Below, piece after piece: positions 28,748 to 39,378 of a stretch of DNA of 64,000 nt (within the stretch, counting starts at the first letter, position 1; each line of letters starts with the position of its first letter). Origin of the DNA: Candidatus Latescibacterota bacterium. GTDB taxonomy: Bacteria; Latescibacterota; UBA2968; UBA8231. The position numbers and the translations under genes were made by a program. Below the pieces are notes generated by a model. That model was not told where the DNA came from and did no database searches. It was given only the letters and a program-made list of their open reading frames with translations. The DNA lies in NCBI GenBank assembly GCA_965200315.1, contig OZ241362.1:512001-576000 (forward strand). The letters are read 5' to 3'.

Positions 28748-28782
28748 AAAAGGCCGTTTCCCTAGGAACGGCCTTTTCTTTT
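28748..28782. terminator. Intrinsic (likely bidirectional) terminator
   Basis: AAAAGGCCGTT...AACGGCCTTTT between convergent units. Confidence 0.85.
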
Positions 28783-28787
28783 GCGTC

Positions 28788-29918
28788 CTATTGTCCCTCT
28801 TCCACGATCCGTTCCAACTCCAAGCTCAAAGCGTCAGCCAGTAAAAACCCCGCCCGGGTTAAATGCAATCTCTGGTCTTCGAGCGCGGCGTATCCAACTT
28901 TCTCCAGTTCGGCAAAGCGCCTGCTACTCTGCACACGACTGACCTCTTCCTCGGTCAAGGCAACCCCCTCTATGGTGCGTAAACCCAGCCACAGACGTTC
29001 CCTGCGGGCCGTGTCCAAGGCGATGGTCTCCCTCCCTGCGCACGGCGACCGGCCTTGGCCCATAGCGTCGAAATAGGCATTGAGATCTCGTGTATTCCAA
29101 AATCGCTTCCCAGCGATGAAGCTATGGCCCCCGAGCCCAACACCTAAGTAAGGAACCCCCGTCCAGTAGCCCCAGTTGTGGCGCGAGCGGTACCCAAGAC
29201 GGGCGTAGTTTGAAATCTCGTAGTGTTCATAGCCAACCCCTACCAACTGCGCGTCGGTCCATGCTAAGATGCGAGCCTGCCTATCGTCTGCGACGGGCTC
29301 CAGCAGACCCTGACGCTGCCGTTGGGCGAAGATCGTGCCTTCTTCAATGGTGAGGCCATAGACCGAAAGGTGCTCTGGCAACAAGGCGATCGCCCGCTCG
29401 ACGCTAAAGCGCCAATCGGCCTCTGAGCCTCCAGGTACATTGGCCACCAAATCCAAGCTCACGTTGGCAAAACCGGCCGCTCTGGCCGCTGCATACGCCC
29501 TTTCGACATCGGCTGCGCTATGTTGCCGGCCCAAGTGACGCAAATCGGCATCGCGAAAAGCCTGCGCACCAATGCTGATGCGATTGCACCCCAGCGCCTT
29601 TAGCACGACGAATTTTTCGCGATCAACCGTTCCAGGATTGACTTCAACGGAAATTTCCGCGTCTGAGTGTAGCCCCAAATGCCGCTGAGCGGCCTCGAGC
29701 ATCTGCCCAATGAGCACCGGCTCAATTTGGCTGGGGGTGCCTCCGCCCAAGAACACGGTCTCCACCGGCCCTGATAAATGAGCCCAAGACTCAATTTCTC
29801 GGCAGATCGCTTCGGCATATAGGCCGTGGCGGTCTTCTTGGCCAACAACCGTAGCAAAGGCGCAGTAAGGGCAACGTTGGGGACAAAACGGCACGTGGAT
29901 ATAGAGACCCAACGCCAT
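28788..29918 (-). CDS. hemW: Radical SAM heme chaperone HemW
   Basis: LYIHVPFCPQRCPYCAF, GGGTPS, YEISNY, HNxxYW; follows lepA. Confidence 0.9.
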   Translation of the reverse strand: MALGLYIHVPFCPQRCPYCAFATVVGQEDRHGLYAEAICREIESWAHLSGPVETVFLGGGTPSQIEPVLIGQMLEAAQRHLGLHSDAEISVEVNPGTVDREKFVVLKALGCNRISIGAQAFRDADLRHLGRQHSAADVERAYAAARAAGFANVSLDLVANVPGGSEADWRFSVERAIALLPEHLSVYGLTIEEGTIFAQRQRQGLLEPVADDRQARILAWTDAQLVGVGYEHYEISNYARLGYRSRHNWGYWTGVPYLGVGLGGHSFIAGKRFWNTRDLNAYFDAMGQGRSPCAGRETIALDTARRERLWLGLRTIEGVALTEEEVSRVQSSRRFAELEKVGYAALEDQRLHLTRAGFLLADALSLELERIVEEGQ

Positions 29919-29977
29919 TATTTACTTTTTCGGGATTAGGATACGCAGGATCGGCCAGTACGCCTCTTGCTCATAAA

Positions 29978-31774
29978 TTAGGCTTCCATCTTGAGCGCGG
30001 CCAAAAACGCTTCCTGGGGAATTTCCACTTTCCCAAACTGCTTCATGCGCTTCTTGCCTTCCTTCTGCCTTTCGAGCAATTTGCGTTTGCGGGTCACATC
30101 ACCGCCGTAGCACTTGGCGGTCACATTTTTGCGGAACGGCTTGACCACTTCGCGAGCGATAACCTTACTCCCGACTGCCCCTTGGATGACCACCTCGAAC
30201 ATCTGCCGTGGAATCATCTCCTTGAGCTTAGTACAGAGCTGCCGGCCCCACTCATAGGCCTTGTCGCGATGGATGATCACTGAGAGCGCGTCCAACGGCT
30301 CACCATTAATCATGATGTCGAGCCTAGACAGTAAGCCGGTCCGCATCTCCAGATGCTCGTAATCGAATGACGCATAGCCTCGCGACACCGACTTGAGGCG
30401 GTCGTAGAAGTCAATCACTACTTCGGCCAAAGGCATCTCAAAGCTCAGGATCGCCCGGCTGCCGTCGAGATACTCGGTATTGCGGTAGCTCCCGCGCCGG
30501 TCGGTGCAGATTTTCATCACTCCGCCAATGTAATCCCTCGGCACCAAGATCTGGACGGCGAGAATCGGCTCGCGCACCTCGTCAATCTCAGCAACAGGCG
30601 GCAGCAAAGAGGGATTGTCAACATCGATTAGTTCCCCATCCTTGGTCAGAATCTCGTAGAGCACATTGGGGAGGGTCGTGATGATTTCGACCTGGTACTC
30701 GCGGTCGAGTCGCTCCTGTACGATCTCCATGTGCAGCAAGCCTAGGAAGCCGCAGCGAAAGCCAAATCCCAACGCTGGCGAGGTCTCCGGCTCATAGGAA
30801 AATGCGGCGTCGTTGAGCTTGAGCCGCTCTAAAGCGTCCCGCAGCACCTCGTATTCCTCTGGGACAACAGGATAAAGGCCGCTGAAAACCATGGGTTTCA
30901 GCGGTTGATAGCCAGGCAACGGCTTTACTTCCGCCTCTGCATCAACGACCGTGTCACCGACATGGGCCTCGGCTAGTTCTTTAATTCCAGCGATGAAATA
31001 GCCCACTTCGCCAGTCTCAAGTGCTTGAGCTGGCACCCGGTTTAAGACCAAGTGGCCGACTTCTTCGACTTCGTAGAGACGGCCGGTGGAGTAGAAGCGA
31101 ATTTTCTGTCCCTTGTGGATGCGTCCATCAACGACTCGGATAAAGCAAATTACGCCGCGGTACTGGTCGTAGAGCGAGTCAAAAACCAGTGCTCGCAACG
31201 GCCCCTGTTGCTGCCCGGTCGGCGGTGGTACGCGATCGACAATAGCTTCCATCACCCCCTCAACCCCAATCCCCTCTTTGGCACTGATTTGCAAAATATC
31301 CTCGGCTTCACCCCCCAGCAGATCGAGCACCTGTTGCTGCACCGCTACGGCCTGAGCCGCGGGCATATCGATCTTGTTGAGCACTGGGATGACGACCAAG
31401 TCGCTGTTTAGCGCCAGCAACAAATTGCTCACGGTCTGGGCTTCCACGCCCTGTGTGGCATCGACGACCAAAATCGCTCCTTCGCAGGCGGCCAAACTAC
31501 GCGACACCTCATAGGTAAAATCCACGTGTCCCGGCGTGTCGATTAAGTTGAATTGGTATATTCTACCGTCGACCACCTGATAGTGCATTCGCACGGCGTG
31601 GGCCTTGATTGTAATGCCCCGCTCGCGCTCTAAATCCATGCTGTCGAGTACCTGCTCCTGCATCTGCTTGGTTGTCAGGGTCGCAGTTTTTTCAAGCAGG
31701 CGGTCCGCTAGCGTTGATTTGCCGTGATCGATGTGGGCAATGATGGAGAAATTGCGAATCTGTGCTATATCCAT
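29978..31774 (-). CDS. lepA: Elongation factor 4
   Basis: RNFSIIAHIDHGKSTLADR, GFRCGFLGLLH, KCYGGDVTRKRKLL. Confidence 0.98.
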   Translation of the reverse strand: MDIAQIRNFSIIAHIDHGKSTLADRLLEKTATLTTKQMQEQVLDSMDLERERGITIKAHAVRMHYQVVDGRIYQFNLIDTPGHVDFTYEVSRSLAACEGAILVVDATQGVEAQTVSNLLLALNSDLVVIPVLNKIDMPAAQAVAVQQQVLDLLGGEAEDILQISAKEGIGVEGVMEAIVDRVPPPTGQQQGPLRALVFDSLYDQYRGVICFIRVVDGRIHKGQKIRFYSTGRLYEVEEVGHLVLNRVPAQALETGEVGYFIAGIKELAEAHVGDTVVDAEAEVKPLPGYQPLKPMVFSGLYPVVPEEYEVLRDALERLKLNDAAFSYEPETSPALGFGFRCGFLGLLHMEIVQERLDREYQVEIITTLPNVLYEILTKDGELIDVDNPSLLPPVAEIDEVREPILAVQILVPRDYIGGVMKICTDRRGSYRNTEYLDGSRAILSFEMPLAEVVIDFYDRLKSVSRGYASFDYEHLEMRTGLLSRLDIMINGEPLDALSVIIHRDKAYEWGRQLCTKLKEMIPRQMFEVVIQGAVGSKVIAREVVKPFRKNVTAKCYGGDVTRKRKLLERQKEGKKRMKQFGKVEIPQEAFLAALKMEA

Positions 31775-31815
31775 ACAGTTGTTGGTAAGGTTAGTGCGAA
31801 GGACTCGGCAAGTAG

Positions 31816-32421
31816 TCAGGATATGCGCTGGCGATATAGGCTTTCGTCGACCACGCTAGCCATTTGCCGCGCATCTAAGGGAAGGGCGAGAAAATCCTTG
31901 ATCTCGTGGCTTGTGGCCAGCGGGTTGCTCAAAACAGCGGAGTAGTTGACATAGAGCACCTCCATTTGCGGGTGCTTGGCCAACCACTGTTGCACTGCAC
32001 ACAAATGCCGCCTGAAGGCGTCGGCCATCTCGGTGTCGGCAACCTGGTCACAGGGCTGTCCCCGCCGCGCTAACATCGCCTGCTGCGAAGCCAAAATCTC
32101 GTCCATTTTCCGGAGGGCGAATACGATTTTGTACGGCTTGTGGAGCGGCAATTGGTCGAGCAATTGGGATATGACCTTGACGGCTTTACCCTTCGCCGAT
32201 TCGAGCCATACAGTGTCTTTTGCTAGCTGCTTGACTTTCTCGAACTCGTAATATCCCCCGGGATTATCGGCGTCGGCCTCGCGGATACCGTCTGTTAAGA
32301 GCGGCAATCCGCCCGCAGCCAACATCTTCATCAGCATCGAGGTGCCAGAACGGGGGAGGCCGGACACAATAGTTATGTACTCGTCCGGCTTATGTGGAAG
32401 TGAGATGGGATGAGAATGCAA
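31816..32421 (-). CDS. Sulfotransferase family protein (start uncertain)
   Basis: VSGLPRSGTSMLM PAPS-binding loop, DNPGGYYE; no ATG/SD near the domain start. Confidence 0.8.
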   Translation of the reverse strand: MHSHPISLPHKPDEYITIVSGLPRSGTSMLMKMLAAGGLPLLTDGIREADADNPGGYYEFEKVKQLAKDTVWLESAKGKAVKVISQLLDQLPLHKPYKIVFALRKMDEILASQQAMLARRGQPCDQVADTEMADAFRRHLCAVQQWLAKHPQMEVLYVNYSAVLSNPLATSHEIKDFLALPLDARQMASVVDESLYRQRIS

Positions 32422-32426
32422 AACGG

Positions 32427-32474
32427 AAAAAACCGACACACGCTTCCAAAGCATAGCTCCGGAAGCGTGTGTCG
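32427..32474 (-). terminator. Intrinsic terminator of the autotransporter gene
   Basis: Perfect 14-bp stem CGACACACGCTTCC/GGAAGCGTGTGTCG followed by a U-tract on the minus strand. Confidence 0.85.
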
Positions 32475-32500
32475 TATCATGTGCTGCATGTATGAATCAA

Positions 32501-35500
32501 TTAAAAGACCATACGCCCACGCAACAGGAGGCCGTGTCCAGCGGGACCGGCCATGCGTTGCCAGCGCGTACTCTCAAGGCTCACTGACATCGACGAATCA
32601 ACCTCAAGGCGCGTACCTAAGCGCAACTGCATTCGCTCAGGCGCTTGAGTCATTCCGCTGTACACGGTGTACACTCCCCGACCGCCAAGTGCGGCTAAAC
32701 CGTAGCCGACCTCGGCTCTGAGCTGGCCTTGCGCGTTCACAGCACCTCGGTCCGCTATCTCGGCTACGCTGCGCTCCCACAGCGTCAGGCTGTTCGCCTG
32801 CGTACCGTAGGTCGGCATCACCCGCAATGACAACCCTCGACCACCGGTGGCAGCCGAGCGCTGGAGCAACAGATGTGCGCCCCATTCTTGGTACTCGACC
32901 TCGTCGTCACCGTCACTTACCAGACTCCGCGCCATAGCTTCCAGCGTGAAGCCACCCCCCTCATAGCGCAGGCCACCGCCAACTTCTACGCCAGCCCCGG
33001 TCTGTCCGTCGCCACCATCTTGGCGCAGAGCGACCTCTAGCTGGGGTGTCACCTGCCCATCCATACCTGCTTCGTAAGCATGGGAGGCTTTGAGTGCAAG
33101 CCTCAAGCGGTTAGCATTCACCGTCTGCTCGGCGATCCGGTTTCCTTTTCCATTCTCGACTTCTCCACCCTCGACTTCGACCCGTGCTACAGTAGCCGCA
33201 GCCTTGATCCGCAACTGAGTCGGCCCGCTGGCGAGCAAGTCGCCACTGGCCCCTACACCTGCAGTCCGCAGCGATGTATCGCTGGACTGCAGGCCTATGG
33301 TTCCCTGTTGGTCGTCAATTTCGATGTCTCCGCGCCCTAAGCCCGCCGTCAACCACACCCCAAGCCGCCCTGGTGAGAACCCGACGTAAGGATGCAGGCT
33401 CAGCATGCGGGGCGTATAAGTACCGTCGACTCGCTCTTCGCCGAGCAACGGGGCGGTGTAATCGAACGATCCTTGGGCCCAAGATAGCGCCAAACCGGTT
33501 AGCACCTCGGCACCTGGCCGGGCATCCAAACCAATCTGAGCACGGGTTAGGTTGCCCTCCCAATCAAGCGAACCGTCGTCGCTAGACATTTGGCCGTAGT
33601 CTCCCCGGCCCCAGAATGTAGGACTACCGGGACAAAGAATACATCCTCTACCAAAACCGAACGGCGTTGCAAAAGAAGAGCCATTCATAACCTGTGCTAG
33701 ATTGACCGGACGATTCTCGAATATCCGGCCGGATTGAATCATGTCGTGGATGGTAGACTCGGCGGCGAAGCGGAAAGACCTATTCTCGTCGCCAACTCTA
33801 TCCATCTGCTCAAGGCGATCTTCGATGGCGCGATTCGTTCCATCGGCAATAGCCAATGCGTATTTGGACAAGATCTGTTCGTTGAGTTCCGCAAAACGGT
33901 CCGTAGCCGATTCTTCCACTCGAACCTCGAAGCTGAGGATAGCTGCGTCCTCGGCAGTCATATTGTCGTCGAAGTCGTGGGCCGTATATGTCAAGGTATA
34001 GATTCCGACCTCTGCCGGCGTACCCGAAAGCGTCGGCGACATCGGGTTGGGGTCAAACGTCAGCCCCGGCGGCACGTTGTCTAGGGTATACGTCAACTCG
34101 CCGAAATCGACCTCGCCATCCGGATTTAGCGAGAGTAAGTTGCCGCCCGAAGCCAAGGGCAACACCAAGTCTTCAATCGCCTCACCTTCTATGTACGTCT
34201 GGTTGGCCACATCCCCGCTAAAGCTGGGCGCACCATCTACCGTTATGTGAAAGGTCAACTCAGCCGAATCGCCATCGATATCCTCCACTTGGTAGACCAA
34301 GCGATACACGCCAGTGTGCGTCGGCGTACCCGAAAGCGTCCGAGACGCCGCGTCGAAGCTCAGACCCGGCACATTCATATCTAAACTATACGTCAAGTCG
34401 CCGTTGCCGCCCGAAGCCGCTGGGAATTCCCACGAGTCCATCGCCTCATTCTGACGCAAGATTCGATCCTCAATGGTCGCGTCAAAGAAGGTAGGTGTAC
34501 CATCGACTGTCAGGAAGAAGCTCAACTCAGCCGAATCGCCATCTTCATCTTCCACCCGATACGTCAACTCATAGCCCTCGGCAGGATGCGACACATGAAG
34601 CTCCGGCGTTCCCGAAATCGTCCGAGCCGTGGAGTCAAACGCCAGACCCGGCGGCAAATTCTCCTCATTCAAGCTATACGTCAAGTCGCCGTTGCCGCCC
34701 AAAGCCGCAGGCAACTCCAACGGGGCCATCTCCTCCCCTTCAGGAGCCCTCTGATTCGTAATAGATCCCTCAAAGAAGGGCATACCATTCACAGCAATCG
34801 TGAAGGTCAACGGGTCCGGCTCTTCGCCATCGACATCCGCCACCCGATACGTCAACCCATACCCTTCGGGAGAATACGACACATTAGGCGACAACTCACC
34901 CGAAATCGTCCGAGACGTGGGATTAAACGCCAGCCCCGGCGGCAACTCCCCATCCAAGAAATACGTCAACGCCACATTCCCGCCGACCGCTTCCGGCAAC
35001 TCCAAGTTCAAAGCCTCGCCCGCCGTGTACTGCTGGTCTTCTACGACCTGATCGCCGAAGCTAGGTATGCCATTCACCGCAATAGTGAAGCGCAACGTCA
35101 CCGTATCGCCATCCACATCCGCCACCCGATACGTCAGCACATACCCCTCGGCAACGTACAAGTAATCGGCCGGCAGCGTACCTGAAATCGTCGGAGAATT
35201 CGGGTCGCCATCAAACGCCAGCCCCGGCGGCAACGCCCCCTCCAAGGTATACGTCAACGCGCCATTCCCACCGACCGCCACCGGCAGACCTAAGCTCACC
35301 GCCTCGCCCGCCGGGTATAGCTGGTCGTCCACGACCTGAGCATGGAAGCTGGGCATACCATGTACCACGATCGTGAATTCCAAAGCCTCGGGCGCATCCC
35401 CATCCTGATCCATCACCCGATACGTCACCACATACCCCTCGCTCTCAGCAGCATACGTCGCATCTGCCGACAACGTACCCGAAATCGTCCGAGAAGCCCC

Positions 35501-38500
35501 ATCATAGATCAGCCCCTCCGGCAACGCCCCAGCCAACTCATACGTCACAGCACCATTGCCACCCGAAGCCGACGGCAACACCCAAGGATCTATCGTCTGC
35601 CCTTCGGCAAAGGTGACTTGACTCGACACCGTTTCGTCGAAGCGGGGCATACCATCCACCCGAATCGTGAAGGTCAACGGGTCCGGCTCTTCGCCATCGA
35701 CATCCGCCACCCGATACGTCAGCGCATACCCGTCAAAGGTATACCACGTATCCGCCGGCGGCGTTCCCGAAACCGTCCGAGTCCCCGGATCAAACGACAG
35801 ACCCGCAGGCAACGCTCCATCCAAGCGATACGTCCTCGACACATTCCCACCTTCCGCCACCGGCAACTCCAAGCTCAAAGCCTCGCCCGCCGTATATAGC
35901 TGATCTTCCTGCTCCCGGACGAAGCTGGGGATGCCATTCACCCGAATCGAGAAGCGCAACGTCGCCGTATCGCCATCCACATCCGCCACCCGATACGTCA
36001 ACCCATAGAACTCAGCATACGTCACATCCGTCGGCGGCGTTCCCGAAACCGTCCGAGCCACGCCATCAAACGCCAGCCCCGGCGGCAACGCCCCCTCCAA
36101 GGTATACGTCAACGCGCCATTCCCACCGACCGCCACCGGCAGACCTAAGCTCACCGCCTCGCCCGCCGGGTATAGCTGGTCGTCCACGACCTGAGCATGG
36201 AAGCTGGGCATACCATGTACCACGATCGTGAATTCCAAAGCCTCGGGCGCATCCCCATCCTGATCCATCACCCGATACGTCACCACATACCCCTCGCTCT
36301 CAGCAGCATACGTCGCATCTGCCGACAACGTACCCGAAATCGTCCGAGAAGCCCCATCATAGATCAGCCCCTCCGGCAACGCCCCAGCCAACTCATACGT
36401 CACAGCACCATTGCCACCCGAAGCCGACGGCAACACCCAAGGATCTATCGTCTGCCCTTCGGCAAAGGTGACTTGACTCGACACCGTTTCGTCGAAGCGG
36501 GGCATACCATCCACCCGAATCGTGAAGGTCAACGGGTCCGGCTCTTCGCCATCGACATCCGCCACCCGATACGTCAGCGCATACCCGTCAAAGGTATACC
36601 ACGTATCCGCCGGCGGCGTTCCCGAAACCGTCCGAGTCCCCGGATCAAACGACAGCCCCGCAGGCAACGCTCCATCCAAGCGATACGTCCTCGACACATT
36701 CCCACCTTCCGCCACCGGCAACTCCAAGCTCAAAGCCTCGCCCGCCGTATATAGCTGATCTTCCTGCTCCCGGACGAAGCTGGGGATGCCATTCACCCGA
36801 ATCGAGAAGCGCAACGTCGCCGTATCGCCATCCACATCCGCCACCCGATACGTCAACCCATAGAACTCAGCATACGTCACATCCGTCGGCGGCGTTCCCG
36901 AAACCGTCCGAGCCACGCCATCAAACGCCAGCCCCGGCGGCAACGCCCCCTCCAAGGTATACGTCAACGCGCCATTCCCACCGACCGCCACCGGCAGACC
37001 TAAGCTCACCGCCTCGCCCGCCGGGTATAGCTGGTCGTCCACGACCTGAGCATGGAAGCTGGGCATACCATGTACCACGATCGTGAATTCCAAAGCCTCG
37101 GGCGCATCCCCATCCTGATCCATCACCCGATACGTCACCACATACCCCTCGCTCTCAGCAGCATACGTCGCATCTGCCGACAACGTACCCGAAATCGTCC
37201 GAGAAGCCCCATCATAGATCAGCCCCTCCGGCAACGCCCCAGCCAACTCATACGTCACAGCACCATTGCCACCCGAAGCCGACGGCAACACCCAAGGATC
37301 TATCGTCTGCCCTTCGGCAAAGGTGACTTGACTCGACACCGTTTCGTCGAAGCGGGGCATACCATCCACCCGAATCGTGAAGGTCAACGGGTCCGGCTCT
37401 TCGCCATCGACATCCGCCACCCGATACGTCAGCGCATACCCGTCAAAGGTATACCACGTATCCGCCGGCGGCGTTCCCGAAACCGTCCGAGTCCCCGGAT
37501 CAAACGACAGCCCCGCAGGCAACGCTCCATCCAAGCGATACGTCCTCGACACATTCCCACCTTCCGCCACCGGCAACTCCAAGCTCAAAGCCTCGCCCGC
37601 CGTATATAGCTGATCTTCCTGCTCCCGGACGAAGCTGGGGATGCCATTCACCCGAATCGAGAAGCGCAACGTCGCCGTATCGCCATCCACATCCGCCACC
37701 CGATACGTCAACCCATAGAACTCAGCATACGTCACATCCGTCGGCGGCGTTCCCGAAACCGTCCGAGCCACGCCATCAAACGCCAGCCCCGGCGGCAACG
37801 CCCCCTCCAAGGTATATGTCAACGCTACATTCCCACCTTCCGCCACCGGCAACTCTAAGCTCACCGCCTCGCCCGCCGGGTATAGCTGATCTTCCTGCTC
37901 CCGGACGAAGCTGGGCATACCAGCCACCACAACCGTGAAGGTCAACTCAGCCGAATCGCCATCGGAATCCTCCGCCCGATACGTGAACGGATATGACTCG
38001 TCATACAACACATCAGCCGGCGGCGTTCCCGAAATCGTCCGAGTCCCCGGATCAAACGACAGACCGTCGGGCAATTCCCCGATCAAGCTATATGTCAGAG
38101 GGTCGGTGGACCGACCTACTGGCAACTCCCAAGGCTGTTTTATCTCTTCGCCTGCCGTAAAGGTTGTTTGACGCGCAGCGACCGCCGCGAAGGTCAACTC
38201 TACATAGACCGTAAAGGTCAATTCCTCGGCGTCGCTCTCCTCCATATTGGTATCGGAATCTTCCACCCGGTAGGTCATCTCATACGTCCCGGCTATGGTC
38301 GGCGTACCCGAAAGCGTACGAGCCTCGGCATCAAACACCAGACCCGCAGGCAACGCCCCGATCAAGCTAGATGACATAGATGACAAGCTATATCTCGGAG
38401 GTTCCTCATACTCTCCCACCGAAGCCGGAGGCAATTCCAGAACTCCTATATCTTCGCCTGTTTGGTACGACTGATCAGCAACCGTCGCCCCCTCAAAGCT

Positions 38501-39181
38501 CGGCCTCGAGTCGACTTCTACCTCAAATGTCAACGTAGCTGTATCGCCATCGGCATCAGTCACTTCGTAAGTCATCAAGGAAATAGCCACTTCCGAAGGC
38601 GTACCCGAAAGAGTCCGAGTCGCGGCATCGAATGTCAAGCCAGGCGGCAAGGGCCTTAGATCATACGTCAAATCGCCGTTACCACTCGAAGCCACAGGCA
38701 ACTCCAAAGCCTCTATCGCCACCCCGACCGAGAACATCTGATCGGCAACCATCGCATCGCCAAAGCTCGGAACTACATCCTCCTCCTCTACTGAAATATT
38801 GAATGTCAAAGTGGCCGTAGCACCATCGGCATCAGTCACTTCGTAGATCATCGAGTAAAAAATCTTTTCCGGGAAGGTGACAACATCCGAAGGCGTACCC
38901 GAAAGCGTCCGAGTCGCGGCCTCAAATTCCAAACCCAGTGGCAAGGGGCTTAGAGCATACGTCAAATCGCCGTTACCACCCGAAGCCGCAGGCAACTCCA
39001 AAGCCTCTATCGCCACCCCGACCTCGTACATCTGGTTGGCAACCGTCGCCCCCTCAAAGCTCGGCGCATCCTGGGCTTCAGCCGCCGGAGCCGATATCAA
39101 AGTGGCCGCCAAGAAGAGCATACTCAGGCAGAACAGCGATCTATTCCAAACGAGTTTGTTACTAACTACACAACCGCTCAT
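32501..39181 (-). CDS. Large autotransporter adhesin with tandem putative Ig (He_PIG-like) domains
   Basis: Signal peptide AEA|Q; many ~90-100-aa LPxAxGGNG..TY..LPxGLxFD..TRTxSGTP..DxDGD units; C-terminal beta-barrel ending in F; GGAGG SD. Confidence 0.88.
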   Translation of the reverse strand: MSGCVVSNKLVWNRSLFCLSMLFLAATLISAPAAEAQDAPSFEGATVANQMYEVGVAIEALELPAASGGNGDLTYALSPLPLGLEFEAATRTLSGTPSDVVTFPEKIFYSMIYEVTDADGATATLTFNISVEEEDVVPSFGDAMVADQMFSVGVAIEALELPVASSGNGDLTYDLRPLPPGLTFDAATRTLSGTPSEVAISLMTYEVTDADGDTATLTFEVEVDSRPSFEGATVADQSYQTGEDIGVLELPPASVGEYEEPPRYSLSSMSSSLIGALPAGLVFDAEARTLSGTPTIAGTYEMTYRVEDSDTNMEESDAEELTFTVYVELTFAAVAARQTTFTAGEEIKQPWELPVGRSTDPLTYSLIGELPDGLSFDPGTRTISGTPPADVLYDESYPFTYRAEDSDGDSAELTFTVVVAGMPSFVREQEDQLYPAGEAVSLELPVAEGGNVALTYTLEGALPPGLAFDGVARTVSGTPPTDVTYAEFYGLTYRVADVDGDTATLRFSIRVNGIPSFVREQEDQLYTAGEALSLELPVAEGGNVSRTYRLDGALPAGLSFDPGTRTVSGTPPADTWYTFDGYALTYRVADVDGEEPDPLTFTIRVDGMPRFDETVSSQVTFAEGQTIDPWVLPSASGGNGAVTYELAGALPEGLIYDGASRTISGTLSADATYAAESEGYVVTYRVMDQDGDAPEALEFTIVVHGMPSFHAQVVDDQLYPAGEAVSLGLPVAVGGNGALTYTLEGALPPGLAFDGVARTVSGTPPTDVTYAEFYGLTYRVADVDGDTATLRFSIRVNGIPSFVREQEDQLYTAGEALSLELPVAEGGNVSRTYRLDGALPAGLSFDPGTRTVSGTPPADTWYTFDGYALTYRVADVDGEEPDPLTFTIRVDGMPRFDETVSSQVTFAEGQTIDPWVLPSASGGNGAVTYELAGALPEGLIYDGASRTISGTLSADATYAAESEGYVVTYRVMDQDGDAPEALEFTIVVHGMPSFHAQVVDDQLYPAGEAVSLGLPVAVGGNGALTYTLEGALPPGLAFDGVARTVSGTPPTDVTYAEFYGLTYRVADVDGDTATLRFSIRVNGIPSFVREQEDQLYTAGEALSLELPVAEGGNVSRTYRLDGALPAGLSFDPGTRTVSGTPPADTWYTFDGYALTYRVADVDGEEPDPLTFTIRVDGMPRFDETVSSQVTFAEGQTIDPWVLPSASGGNGAVTYELAGALPEGLIYDGASRTISGTLSADATYAAESEGYVVTYRVMDQDGDAPEALEFTIVVHGMPSFHAQVVDDQLYPAGEAVSLGLPVAVGGNGALTYTLEGALPPGLAFDGDPNSPTISGTLPADYLYVAEGYVLTYRVADVDGDTVTLRFTIAVNGIPSFGDQVVEDQQYTAGEALNLELPEAVGGNVALTYFLDGELPPGLAFNPTSRTISGELSPNVSYSPEGYGLTYRVADVDGEEPDPLTFTIAVNGMPFFEGSITNQRAPEGEEMAPLELPAALGGNGDLTYSLNEENLPPGLAFDSTARTISGTPELHVSHPAEGYELTYRVEDEDGDSAELSFFLTVDGTPTFFDATIEDRILRQNEAMDSWEFPAASGGNGDLTYSLDMNVPGLSFDAASRTLSGTPTHTGVYRLVYQVEDIDGDSAELTFHITVDGAPSFSGDVANQTYIEGEAIEDLVLPLASGGNLLSLNPDGEVDFGELTYTLDNVPPGLTFDPNPMSPTLSGTPAEVGIYTLTYTAHDFDDNMTAEDAAILSFEVRVEESATDRFAELNEQILSKYALAIADGTNRAIEDRLEQMDRVGDENRSFRFAAESTIHDMIQSGRIFENRPVNLAQVMNGSSFATPFGFGRGCILCPGSPTFWGRGDYGQMSSDDGSLDWEGNLTRAQIGLDARPGAEVLTGLALSWAQGSFDYTAPLLGEERVDGTYTPRMLSLHPYVGFSPGRLGVWLTAGLGRGDIEIDDQQGTIGLQSSDTSLRTAGVGASGDLLASGPTQLRIKAAATVARVEVEGGEVENGKGNRIAEQTVNANRLRLALKASHAYEAGMDGQVTPQLEVALRQDGGDGQTGAGVEVGGGLRYEGGGFTLEAMARSLVSDGDDEVEYQEWGAHLLLQRSAATGGRGLSLRVMPTYGTQANSLTLWERSVAEIADRGAVNAQGQLRAEVGYGLAALGGRGVYTVYSGMTQAPERMQLRLGTRLEVDSSMSVSLESTRWQRMAGPAGHGLLLRGRMVF
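35206..37816. repeat. 855-bp near-perfect tandem repeat, ~3.05 copies, in frame (285 aa = 3 Ig units)
   Basis: Units start at 35206, 36061, 36916 and 37771 (partial); one synonymous difference noticed at 35801. Confidence 0.95.
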
Positions 39182-39260
39182 AATTGACCCTCCAATGAGA
39201 GATTTAAGTTTTAAGAGTTGTAGCGCAACTTTTTGCGCCTTAGACCGCCGCCTCGCCGCT

Positions 39261-39290
39261 CTAAGGCCACAACCACCCACTCATACTCAT
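39261..39290 (-). other. Putative leader ORF MSMSGWLWP upstream of the autotransporter
   Basis: AAGGGAGAGGAACC then ATG; stop codon lies in the 5' arm of hairpin GCCTTAGA...TCTAAGGC. Confidence 0.45.
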
Positions 39291-39378
39291 GGTTCCTCTC
39301 CCTTAGCGACCCTTACAACTAATAGCTGAAGATCGTGTAGAGAAGCCCGAGATCATTATCATTTCATGTACTCAATAC

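Noticed and set aside
35342-37613. Repeated plus-strand 185-aa and 78-aa ORFs; possible CRISPR or DGR
   Set aside because: Antisense products of the coding 855-bp repeat; no spacers, cas genes, reverse transcriptase or adenine-specific variation.
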